Below, in pieces: positions 19,740-28,080 of a stretch of 64,000 nucleotides of DNA. The notes beneath the pieces are model-generated. The model saw nothing but the letters and a program-made list of their open reading frames with translations. It was not told the DNA's origin and ran no database searches. Numbering within the stretch: the stretch's first letter is position 1; each line of letters begins with the position of its first letter. Source of the DNA: Patescibacteria group bacterium (GTDB lineage Bacteria; Patescibacteriota; Saccharimonadia; Saccharimonadales; JAZKJC01); assembly GCA_040384565.1 (NCBI GenBank), contig JAZKJC010000005.1, forward strand, positions 76,796 to 140,795, given 5' to 3'. A program made the position numbers and the translations under genes.

Positions 19740-20278
19740 CTTGCCAAACCTCCCACAATATTGTATATTCAAACAACATGGAACGAAACATTATGGAGAC
19801 AAGCGTACAAGTTGAAGCTGAATCTGGTGTAGCGGGCTTAGGAGTAATTACTAAGCTTACTGTACTTGGCTTAGCCGTTGTATTACTACCCAGAATGTTC
19901 ATGGGTGGTGATGACCTACCCAAACCACCTACCGCTGCCACTGAAGCCTTAGCACCTGCTGGCGTAGATTTGTCACCTGAAGATGAGATAGTCGTACCTA
20001 CTACTGCCACCACTACCCTCCCGCTAGAAACAGCACCCCCAGACACTGCAGCTCCAGAGGCACCACCCACCTCAGCTACCACAGCCAAGACAACCGTAAC
20101 AACCCGAGTCCGCAGCACTACTACGACAAAACCAAAGCCCGCCACCACTGCCAAGCCTACAGCCACCACAACTCAACCAACAACTACCGCTCCCGCCATT
20201 ACGGCCGCACCTCCTACAACAGCATCAACGGCCGCTCCGACTACTACGATGGCTCCGACTACTACAACAGCTCCTACG
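19740..20278 (+). repeat. Copy B of the perfect 539-bp direct repeat
   Basis: Identical to 17870-18408. It includes the promoter (19741-19769) and codons 1-167 of the CDS starting at 19778. Confidence 0.9.
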
Positions 20279-20737
20279 ACAACTACCACTACTAGACCGC
20301 CTACTCCGTTAGAAAAGGCAAATAATTATGCAGCTTCGCTTATAAGTCAAATCCGGCAGAATCCTAATCTGGGCGTAGCTACACGAGCTAATAACTGCTT
20401 AGTGTATAAATGGGTAGATACTGCAGGAGGGCGATTACATGTTGCCGACCCCATAAGATATCGTTCAGAATCCGCAGGACGAAGTGTCTTGTATCTCATT
20501 AGCTGGAATGAACAATTTGAAAGCAAACTAGTTGCTGTTGATGCCACTGATCCTGCCGACAAAAGCCCTTACACAATCAGTACAATAGAACAAATAAATA
20601 CGGTACCTACCCCTTATTGCGGAGAAAATATCCCCAGAACACTTACATTTGCAGGAGAATATAACCGAGTGTGGGGAACTTATGCGGACAGCACAACAAG
20701 TGATACGCGTCTTGTCGGTGTTGCGAGCCCTCTATAG
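19778..20737 (+). CDS. MERN-family membrane-anchored surface protein 3
   Basis: The first 167 codons are identical to gene 1. The C-terminal domain then diverges but keeps the two Cys positions (NNCLVYKW...PYCGENIPRTLTF). Confidence 0.75.
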   Translation: MERNIMETSVQVEAESGVAGLGVITKLTVLGLAVVLLPRMFMGGDDLPKPPTAATEALAPAGVDLSPEDEIVVPTTATTTLPLETAPPDTAAPEAPPTSATTAKTTVTTRVRSTTTTKPKPATTAKPTATTTQPTTTAPAITAAPPTTASTAAPTTTMAPTTTTAPTTTTTTRPPTPLEKANNYAASLISQIRQNPNLGVATRANNCLVYKWVDTAGGRLHVADPIRYRSESAGRSVLYLISWNEQFESKLVAVDATDPADKSPYTISTIEQINTVPTPYCGENIPRTLTFAGEYNRVWGTYADSTTSDTRLVGVASPL

Positions 20738-20838
20738 CTGGTATGCTCCGCTTGTGTATACACAGGAGCATACAACGACTAACTCGCTAGGACCTTACTT
20801 TATTTGCCTAAAGAGCAATAATATAGGATAATTAAAGC

Positions 20839-21531
20839 ATGCGAAGACTAATTGCTGCGGGTTTACTGGTAACTGGGACGGCAGGACTTGCCTATGCCAA
20901 TAATGAAACCTTAAAAGCAACAGTAGATAATCAAGTAAGGGAAATATCTAAGGACGCCGTTCCTGCACTAGCTAGAGCAAAGACTGGTGTCGGTTCTGTG
21001 CTACGTTCAGTTACAGGTAGGAATGAATTGGCGGACAGTACAAATAGTTCTAAGACACTGCCTCCGGTAAGTGGTTCTGAATTAGTGGCTATTGCTGACA
21101 AATTACGGGCAATGTCAAAAGTTGTATGTAAGGGCGACTTAGTGAAGCCCGGTGAAACCACTACGACTACCACCCAAAACAATTCGGTGGAAGTTTGTGT
21201 TGACGCACCGCATGCTTATATAAAAACAGGCAGGTCTATATCTTGGTTGGTGCTTCCTCTCCTAATAGTACCGCCCTCTGGTTCTTTTGCGGTTGATGTA
21301 GTGCAAACGTACGCGAACGCCTCAGACAAGCAATGCGAGGCTCCGATAAATATAGGCAGGCCACTGGCTGAAGAAACTGTTCAAGTAAATATTGATGAAA
21401 ATGCTTTCCGCACTAAGGGTGTACCTATGCAAATAGTGCTGGATCGACATGGTTCCACACCGTGTGATGAGCCGCCTTATGAATCACATACTGGCAATCA
21501 GGCAGATCAAGGAGGCGTAAGGGCTGAATAG
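20839..21531 (+). CDS. Hypothetical secreted protein (230 aa)
   Basis: It has the signal-peptide-like N-terminus MRRLIAAGLLVTGTAGLAYA, a short poly-Thr tract and four Cys residues. No family recognised. Confidence 0.6.
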   Translation: MRRLIAAGLLVTGTAGLAYANNETLKATVDNQVREISKDAVPALARAKTGVGSVLRSVTGRNELADSTNSSKTLPPVSGSELVAIADKLRAMSKVVCKGDLVKPGETTTTTTQNNSVEVCVDAPHAYIKTGRSISWLVLPLLIVPPSGSFAVDVVQTYANASDKQCEAPINIGRPLAEETVQVNIDENAFRTKGVPMQIVLDRHGSTPCDEPPYESHTGNQADQGGVRAE

Positions 21532-21545
21532 CGGCTGGTTTATTT

Positions 21546-22394
21546 TTAGGTGCTGGGATCGGGCACTATGCCCGCATCCACCGTTAGCTTTTCAAACTGG
21601 CATTCTTGAACGGGTTTGGCATTAATGGTGATGTTACTATCAGCATTTTTGATATCTTTTATTTTATCAGTGAGTCTTGTCTTGTACGGACGGGCCGCGG
21701 AAGCTGTTGATGCAGTTGATGACCTGTCGATAGTTAGAGTTTTTAGGTTTGGCATTAATGCTTTTATGTCTTCTGCAAGGCCGTCATCGTACAGCTTTCT
21801 AATCTTAGCGGCTTCTGCTGTTTTGCCCTCCGGATAGATAAGGCATTCCGCAGCTGTGGCACTAGCCGCACTGCTAAGCTGCCACAGGTTATTAATAAGA
21901 TCACCGGGAGCACTCTTCTTGCAGGCTCCCCAGTCGCCTTTATATGTCTGGGTGGCCTTTTTTGCCAGGTTAAACCGCGGATTAAACAGCTCATAGTTGC
22001 CACTTACTGTAGCAGTCGCGTCATACCTGCCTTCACTGTCCGGTTCTGATTTTTTGACCGTAACATCGCCCATGTGTATGACTGATTCTGCTTCAAACGG
22101 GAGATTCAAACCGACAGTAAAATCACAATCAATAAATGCTGGCCGGTTATCAAAATAGCGCGCGCTAACGGGTACCACACCAGTAATCTTCCCAACTGCA
22201 AAGGCACTCAGCTTGAATACCGTAGCACTCGGTAATTCCAGTTCCGGAACATTCCTGGCGGCTTCGCGTTCGTCGTAGTTATAAAAAACTACGCTGCCAA
22301 TCTCTCTTTCAAAACCGGGCTTATTACCAAGCGCGAAAGACTCCGCGGTTAGGGCGCCGACTGCGAAAGCAAATGCGGCGAGCTTGCTGGTCAT
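21546..22394 (-). CDS. Hypothetical secreted four-Cys protein, paralog B (282 aa)
   Basis: It has the signal-like N-terminus MTSKLAAFAFAVGALTAESFA. It shares KLSAFAVGKITG, four Cys positions and a C-terminal QECQFEKLTV with the upstream gene. Confidence 0.65.
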   Translation of the reverse strand: MTSKLAAFAFAVGALTAESFALGNKPGFEREIGSVVFYNYDEREAARNVPELELPSATVFKLSAFAVGKITGVVPVSARYFDNRPAFIDCDFTVGLNLPFEAESVIHMGDVTVKKSEPDSEGRYDATATVSGNYELFNPRFNLAKKATQTYKGDWGACKKSAPGDLINNLWQLSSAASATAAECLIYPEGKTAEAAKIRKLYDDGLAEDIKALMPNLKTLTIDRSSTASTASAARPYKTRLTDKIKDIKNADSNITINAKPVQECQFEKLTVDAGIVPDPST

Positions 22395-22396
22395 AA

Positions 22397-23239
22397 TTAC
22401 TTTTCCTCCTGGTTCGGAGATAAACTTAGGCTTAACACCTTAAAATCTGTAAATTCGCAGTTGGTAGTTGGTGTACTGGTAATCTCGGTTTTCCCTTGCG
22501 ATTGCTGTTCTAGAACTACTCCTAGTTTTTTTGTATGCGGCGAGCTAGCTGGGTCGATTGCGGGGGGTATATGGATGTTAACAATAGCGGCTTTTGGGTG
22601 AGCGACTTTAACAATATCAGTCATGCTTTCTGTAACAGATGTCTGAAATTCTGGTTTAGCGAGTATACAGTCGCCCACAGTGTCGGCTGTGGCTTGTGCG
22701 ACTGGGTTCATGTCGCGCACTAGGTTAAGGCCATTGCTCACTTTGCAGTTTCCAAAACCGTAGCCTATATCGGCTTTGCTTTTAGAGAGATCGATCCCGG
22801 AGGCAATGACCGGAGGCTTATTTAAAGTAACATCTACCGTAGAGCGGTCCGGGCTTTCTACCACCGTGATATCTGACGCTCTCGCCGCAATGACCGTTCC
22901 GACTGCCGCGTATTTATTGGTTACATTTACTTCGCAGCCCAATCTATCAAATGTTCCGCTGACGGTAAATTCCGAGGTCGCTAGTCCGGTTATGAATGCG
23001 CTAAATTTGCTGACTCTGGCAGTCGGAGGGCCAATATCAATAGTTTTTTTGGCATTGGATTTATATTCAAATCCTAGGCCTGTTGCTTTCCCCGAGACTT
23101 CACCAGCAGCGTCAACTACGAACGGAAACCCGATAACACCAATAAAATTAAGAGATGCAATCGCAAGCCCGCCCATGGCAGCATTAAACCCGGCTGTGTA
23201 TGCTAAACTCCCACCAAATCTCTCAACTAATCTATTCAT
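22397..23239 (-). CDS. Hypothetical four-Cys envelope protein, paralog A (280 aa)
   Basis: It has a hydrophobic N-terminus. It shares KFSAFITGLATS, four Cys positions (GCEV, GNCKV, GDCIL, TNCEF) and an overall length matching 21546-22394. Only 2 nt separate the two genes. Confidence 0.65.
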   Translation of the reverse strand: MNRLVERFGGSLAYTAGFNAAMGGLAIASLNFIGVIGFPFVVDAAGEVSGKATGLGFEYKSNAKKTIDIGPPTARVSKFSAFITGLATSEFTVSGTFDRLGCEVNVTNKYAAVGTVIAARASDITVVESPDRSTVDVTLNKPPVIASGIDLSKSKADIGYGFGNCKVSNGLNLVRDMNPVAQATADTVGDCILAKPEFQTSVTESMTDIVKVAHPKAAIVNIHIPPAIDPASSPHTKKLGVVLEQQSQGKTEITSTPTTNCEFTDFKVLSLSLSPNQEEK

Positions 23240-23432
23240 ATGGTAGTCCTAAGTACATATGAAGTATAACTATAATATTTTGTAGCTGTCAACTATAATA
23301 TATTACAAAAAGATTAAGATTATGTATTCTCGGCCAAAATTTAAGTTTAAGGCCAAGAATTGAACATAAACTTGATTTATTGGCGTTAATGAGCTTTAAT
23401 TTAGATATACATTATGAGAGAAAATATTTTAC

Positions 23433-24401
23433 ATGGCTAGACCAACTACTCTTGACCGAACTTATGGATCCTCGCGCAGTTCATCTTCATCCTCACGCGG
23501 GGGGGGAAACCGATCCCCACGAGTATCCAGAGGGCCGCGTGGGCCTATATTTACTCGCAGAAAGCTGTTGGGTGTTCTGCTGACTGGGAGCATACTGGCT
23601 GCTGGCAATGCTAACGTTAAGGTAGATGATAAAAAATCTCCCATGGCTACAGTCGGGGGACTTTGCGTAGGAAATGAATTATGTGATAAGACGCTAGCTG
23701 TCGGCGGCAGATTAGCCGCAAAAGGCGGCAGTGTGGTTATGGCGGGTTATAGGAGCGCAACTACACCTGAAGGGCCAAAAGCTATCATAACGAGCGATTA
23801 CCCCCCAAGTGCCGACCCAAACGCGCCACCTCCCGACCCCAAAACAGCCGTAAAGTATCCGTCGGTTATAAGTAGTGGTGAATACCCGGAACGCTCAAAA
23901 GAAGATTGCGACAATAAGGTTACGGGCACAATGATTGGCAGTGTAGCCCGCTATGTAATAAATATTTATGATTACGATCCTAAAAAACCCCAAAAAGGCA
24001 TCGGTATTGGCGTAGTTATGAAAATAGAAGGTGAAGATAAAAAAAGATACGACAAAGTTAATTGTAACGACAATACAACCGAAGTAAGCGCTGGCAATTA
24101 TATAAGCTACGCTTGCAAATGGGCGCAAGATGGCGCTGCTCAGGCGGATCTGCGGGGTATAATAAAAGCTGCCCAAAAATCTCCTGAATCTATCATTCCA
24201 AAAGATGACCCAGAGGTTAGCCCAGAGCAGCTTGCAAACGCAGAAAGTGTCTATGATTCTGCCGAGTGGGGCGGAGATGGAAAAGATGATCCAGCCCGGA
24301 CAAACGTTTATGCATTTTATATGAAACAAATGCCGGATGGCCAGATGGCACCTGCGCATCTTTTTTGCGTTGACGAAAGTGTACCTGCTCCCAAGCTATA
24401 A
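23433..24401 (+). CDS. Hypothetical single-pass envelope protein with Ser/Arg-rich N-terminal tail (322 aa)
   Basis: The N-terminus RSSSSSSRGGGNRSPRVSRGPRGPIFTRRKLLGVLLTGSILAAG is followed by a Cys-containing domain. No family recognised. Confidence 0.6.
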   Translation: MARPTTLDRTYGSSRSSSSSSRGGGNRSPRVSRGPRGPIFTRRKLLGVLLTGSILAAGNANVKVDDKKSPMATVGGLCVGNELCDKTLAVGGRLAAKGGSVVMAGYRSATTPEGPKAIITSDYPPSADPNAPPPDPKTAVKYPSVISSGEYPERSKEDCDNKVTGTMIGSVARYVINIYDYDPKKPQKGIGIGVVMKIEGEDKKRYDKVNCNDNTTEVSAGNYISYACKWAQDGAAQADLRGIIKAAQKSPESIIPKDDPEVSPEQLANAESVYDSAEWGGDGKDDPARTNVYAFYMKQMPDGQMAPAHLFCVDESVPAPKL

Positions 24402-24536
24402 TCCAGTAGTTATACCAGCTAGGGGCATAATTATTCAACAAACATTCACTGAAGTATATTTTACTATGAAAGTAGATTGACAATAAGTATAATTTCCATG
24501 TAATCTATAGAAACGTAGCGCTTATAGGAGCTTATC

Positions 24537-27059
24537 GTGGAAATTGGTCCCGACTACTTTCTGCCATCAGAGCAGAGAATCGTCCATCAAGATAAAGATA
24601 ATTCTGGAGTTGAACCAGGGGGTGTAATTAAGTGGGTTGCTACTGGCTTGTCCGGAGTTATGGGTCTCGCATTTATACCTGAAGTTACGCTTATGAGGCC
24701 CTCAGAAAGAACTGAAGTTTTGTCTGTCGGCGCTGGGAGTGAGTTAGCATGGGGTTACGCGACTATGCGGGCTAGTGATGCAGCCCCTGAAGTACTGTTA
24801 CCGGCAGCACAAGCTATTGAGTTATCTCAGCGGGTTGTGGCTGATATGGAGGGCGCACTAAGCGTGGTAGCAGCAAGCTCGCCAGTCAAACCAATAGCTG
24901 CTGCCAAGCAAGCTGCCCGTACGGCTTCTGAGTTAGAACAAGCCGCTCCAATCCAAGTGGCAAGAATGTCTGAACCGGGTCAAATGCGTCCAATAGCCGT
25001 AGCCGCTTCTTCCTCTAGGCCGGCAACGGTGATTAGGTCATCTGCACCTGCCGTCGAATCAGTAGCTTTATCTGCTCAGCATATTGTGTCCACAAAGCCG
25101 ATAGTTATGAGCATAAGGCCCAAAATGAGCGAAGCATCTGAGGCAGCTTTTGAGCCGAATACAGACAAAACGTTAAAAATAGCTGCAGCTGGCGAACGGC
25201 TTCCCGTACTAACCGCGGTGGAAACAAAGCTTGCGGCAGCTCCGCTGTCTAGTGTTACTGCTGCCACTATGCAGGAATCACCGCATTCTATAGCAGGCAG
25301 ATCATTTGTCTTGCCGATGGATAAACCGCGTAAGACAAGTGATTACGGGATGCGAGGTGGCCGCCTGCATGCAGGTGTTGACTTAGCGGATATGCATCGG
25401 GACAAGAATCCCCGTGTTAAGTCGGTAGAAAGTGGCACAGTTATAGAAGCAGGTATAAACGGCGCATTCGGGAAATACGTACGCGTTAGGCATGGCACAG
25501 ATGAGACGGGAAGAATTGTAGATACCGAGTATGCTCACTTAAGCCGTATTGATGTGCGGGAGACTCAAATTGTTGAGCAGGGACAACAAATAGGCCTTAT
25601 GGGTAATACAGGAGCTTCCAGGGGGGGGCACCTTCATTTCGGAGAGATTTGGGTGGATGGAACACATAAAAATGGTCGCCGCGTAAACCCAAACCTTTCT
25701 TTAGCCGGACGGATTTTCCCTGGTGCTGTTGTACTTGAATCAGGTGTCAGCTCTGTTCCCGCGGTAGCCGTTGAAGCCGTGGAACCTGATGTTGCTACCC
25801 AAGCCGAAACGGCAGAGTCCGCAGTTAAGGCAATTGCGGGGATAATGAGTATATCGCCGGAATCAGCCAGGATGTCACGTGCTTCGGAGCAGATTTTCTC
25901 AACCCTTTCCGGCTTAACAGTACGGCCGGTGGTCCCCAAAATAATTCAGTATCACAATGGAGACCGGCGTAATCGGCGTGGCGGCTCCCAGAGCAGCTCT
26001 GCTCCACCTGCACCGAATATGTCCGAATCACCCGAGGATGGTTTTGCGGCTAATGATGGTGCCGCAGGCGTAATGCCAATCGCTCCCAGAATACCGCAGA
26101 ACGGACAATCAGGTTCTGCTCATGAGGGATCAACCCCAGTGCCAAATACTCTCCCCACTACGGGTCCAGCGGTAACGCCACAGTCACCGAGCGGTGAAGT
26201 TGCTCCGAGCGCTCAACCGCCCCAAGCTTTCACTGGAGAACAAGCGCCTGGGCACAATGAAGATAAGAATGACAAAGAAAAGAAAGTTCCTCCGCCTAGA
26301 ATGTCCGAAGCATCGGAAGAGCTCTTTGCGGCACTTGGTGAAGGTACCGCTTTTGCTTTGGCTCTTGAGGCAGCTGAAGGAACTGGCCCTGCAGCCAATA
26401 ATGGTAATTTGCCGGTGCAGCCGGAAGCACCTCGCTCAGGCCCGGAAGCTCCAGCTATTGCCAGACTATTCACTCCGCAGGTAGTAAAACAGATGCTACC
26501 GAACGCTCCGCCGGGAAATATCGACAAGTATCTGCCTTTAATATTGGATGCCTTGCATGAATTTGGCCTGGATGACAGACAGATGGTGTTGTTCACATTA
26601 GCAACTACCGCTCCAGAAACCCCTGGCTTTGAACCTATATCAGAACGTTCAGATGGTTCCAGATATGATCCCGACCCTTCTATTAACCCTAGTGCAAAAC
26701 GGCGTGCAGTAGCTGTAAGAAACGGTAACACAACCAAGGGCGATGGTTATCGATATAGGGGAAGAGGCTTTGAGCAATTAACTTGGAAGAATAGCTACAG
26801 AGCATATGGCGATATTATTGGAGTCAACCTTGTAGACAATCCTGATCTCGCAAATGATCCACGTAACGCGGCTCGTATTATGGCGGCCTTTATAAAAGCC
26901 CGTGAAAGTCGTATCCGAGCCGGGTTGAACCGGAATGACACTAGGGATCCCCGCGCGGCTATTAATGGCGGTTCAAATGGCCTAAGCTTGTTCACAACAA
27001 CATATCAAAGAGGTATGTCCATTACGGATGAGCTGATTAGGTCTGGCCAGCCAGGCTAG
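24537..27059 (+). CDS. Membrane-anchored bifunctional peptidoglycan hydrolase: M23 (LytM) endopeptidase plus GH19-like lysozyme/chitinase domain
   Basis: GTG start preceded by AGGAG, with the N-terminal TM segment WVATGLSGVMGLAFI. M23 motifs: HAGVDLA, YAHLS, GNTGASRGGHLHFGE. After an Ala/Pro-rich linker the C-terminal region has the GH19-type pattern APETPGF...GDGYRYRGRGFEQLTWKNSY...DNPDLA...INGGSNGL. Confidence 0.8.
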   Translation: MEIGPDYFLPSEQRIVHQDKDNSGVEPGGVIKWVATGLSGVMGLAFIPEVTLMRPSERTEVLSVGAGSELAWGYATMRASDAAPEVLLPAAQAIELSQRVVADMEGALSVVAASSPVKPIAAAKQAARTASELEQAAPIQVARMSEPGQMRPIAVAASSSRPATVIRSSAPAVESVALSAQHIVSTKPIVMSIRPKMSEASEAAFEPNTDKTLKIAAAGERLPVLTAVETKLAAAPLSSVTAATMQESPHSIAGRSFVLPMDKPRKTSDYGMRGGRLHAGVDLADMHRDKNPRVKSVESGTVIEAGINGAFGKYVRVRHGTDETGRIVDTEYAHLSRIDVRETQIVEQGQQIGLMGNTGASRGGHLHFGEIWVDGTHKNGRRVNPNLSLAGRIFPGAVVLESGVSSVPAVAVEAVEPDVATQAETAESAVKAIAGIMSISPESARMSRASEQIFSTLSGLTVRPVVPKIIQYHNGDRRNRRGGSQSSSAPPAPNMSESPEDGFAANDGAAGVMPIAPRIPQNGQSGSAHEGSTPVPNTLPTTGPAVTPQSPSGEVAPSAQPPQAFTGEQAPGHNEDKNDKEKKVPPPRMSEASEELFAALGEGTAFALALEAAEGTGPAANNGNLPVQPEAPRSGPEAPAIARLFTPQVVKQMLPNAPPGNIDKYLPLILDALHEFGLDDRQMVLFTLATTAPETPGFEPISERSDGSRYDPDPSINPSAKRRAVAVRNGNTTKGDGYRYRGRGFEQLTWKNSYRAYGDIIGVNLVDNPDLANDPRNAARIMAAFIKARESRIRAGLNRNDTRDPRAAINGGSNGLSLFTTTYQRGMSITDELIRSGQPG

Positions 27060-27123
27060 TCAGAGAACCACAGAGAATAGCCAGATATCTAGTTAATGTA
27101 CCCTGATAAAGACATACTACTTG

Positions 27124-28020
27124 TTAGGGAGTCTTAGGCGCAGCTGGGACTTCAAATGGTTCTAGAGGTTGGTCAAGACCTTTACAATCGGTTGGGGCTT
27201 CAAAAGTGCCTCCACGTACGTTGACTACAACACCATCATTGAAATCTCGCTCAACGTCTTTAAAAAAGGCTTTAGCACGGTCATCATCTATATTTTCATA
27301 CTGCGTATCATCAGCCGCTCTTGCCCAGGCATTAAAAGGGTATTCGTCTTTGTCTTGGGCAAAAGTTACGGTTATTGTCTGGTCTTTTGGCGCACACTCA
27401 ATGGTACCATCAGTACTTCTCCAACGGCTGGACTCAGTTGTTGGAGCTGGCAGAGTAACTGGGGATAGGCTGGTGGTTGTAGCAGCAGCCGGTTGTGTGG
27501 TTGCACTAGAGTCTTCTCCCTCTACTCTATCTACACCTGATCCGGAAGCTGAGGCTACATTAGTATCACCAAAATGTATATTGCTTGTCAAAGCAGATAA
27601 CCCAACTAAAGCAAGCACGCCCACAAAAGCACCCGCTAAGATCCTTTGTCCGTCCCGGCGCATGGCTTCACTTCTGACTGCTAAGACAGTTTTTGTTACT
27701 TCACGTCTTGGAGGAGCAACATGTCCTTTAGGGGTCTTTTTTTCCGCTTCCACAAATACGATCGGAGTAGACAATTCTTTTTTTAAGTTCGCTAAATCAC
27801 TCTTGGTTTTAGACCCGAGCCCTAATGTAAGAATCCGCCATTTAATTGGACCATAGGTATCTCTATCACTTGGGAATCGTGTACGAAAAGTCCTCTCATT
27901 AGTAAGATTGCCTGTTAATCTTTCTGGGGGACGGTTAATATGACTACCCGTTCCTGGGCGCCTTGTTTCTGTTGTTACTCTTCCACCTTTTTGATACATA
28001 TCCATAGTACTAAACCTCAC
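27124..28020 (-). CDS. Hypothetical single-pass envelope protein (298 aa)
   Basis: It has a basic N-terminal tail, the TM segment ILAGAFVGVLALVGLSALTS, a Thr-rich linker and a C-terminal domain with two Cys. A 216-aa antisense ORF exists; I preferred the minus strand because its architecture matches its neighbours and fits the operon context. Confidence 0.55.
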   Translation of the reverse strand: MRFSTMDMYQKGGRVTTETRRPGTGSHINRPPERLTGNLTNERTFRTRFPSDRDTYGPIKWRILTLGLGSKTKSDLANLKKELSTPIVFVEAEKKTPKGHVAPPRREVTKTVLAVRSEAMRRDGQRILAGAFVGVLALVGLSALTSNIHFGDTNVASASGSGVDRVEGEDSSATTQPAAATTTSLSPVTLPAPTTESSRWRSTDGTIECAPKDQTITVTFAQDKDEYPFNAWARAADDTQYENIDDDRAKAFFKDVERDFNDGVVVNVRGGTFEAPTDCKGLDQPLEPFEVPAAPKTP

Positions 28021-28080
28021 TTATATTAATATTATTACCACTAAATACCTAAGAATGCAACATTATTTAAAACCATACAT

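Noticed and set aside
17870-20278. Diversity-generating retroelement (template and variable repeat) as an explanation for the 539-bp repeat
   Set aside because: The two copies are identical, with no adenine-specific differences. The repeat covers the promoter and N-terminus rather than a C-terminal variable region, and there is no reverse transcriptase in the window.
26213-26737. 174-aa antisense ORF inside the M23/GH19 gene, plus similar antisense ORFs at 12278-13606 and 22776-23246
   Set aside because: They lie in GC- or low-complexity-biased regions of well-supported genes on the other strand and carry no motifs.
27206-27856. 216-aa plus-strand ORF antisense to the 298-aa gene
   Set aside because: The minus-strand frame is longer and has the basic tail, TM segment, Thr linker and Cys domain seen in neighbouring proteins. 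It also fits the minus-strand operon. The strand choice stays somewhat uncertain.
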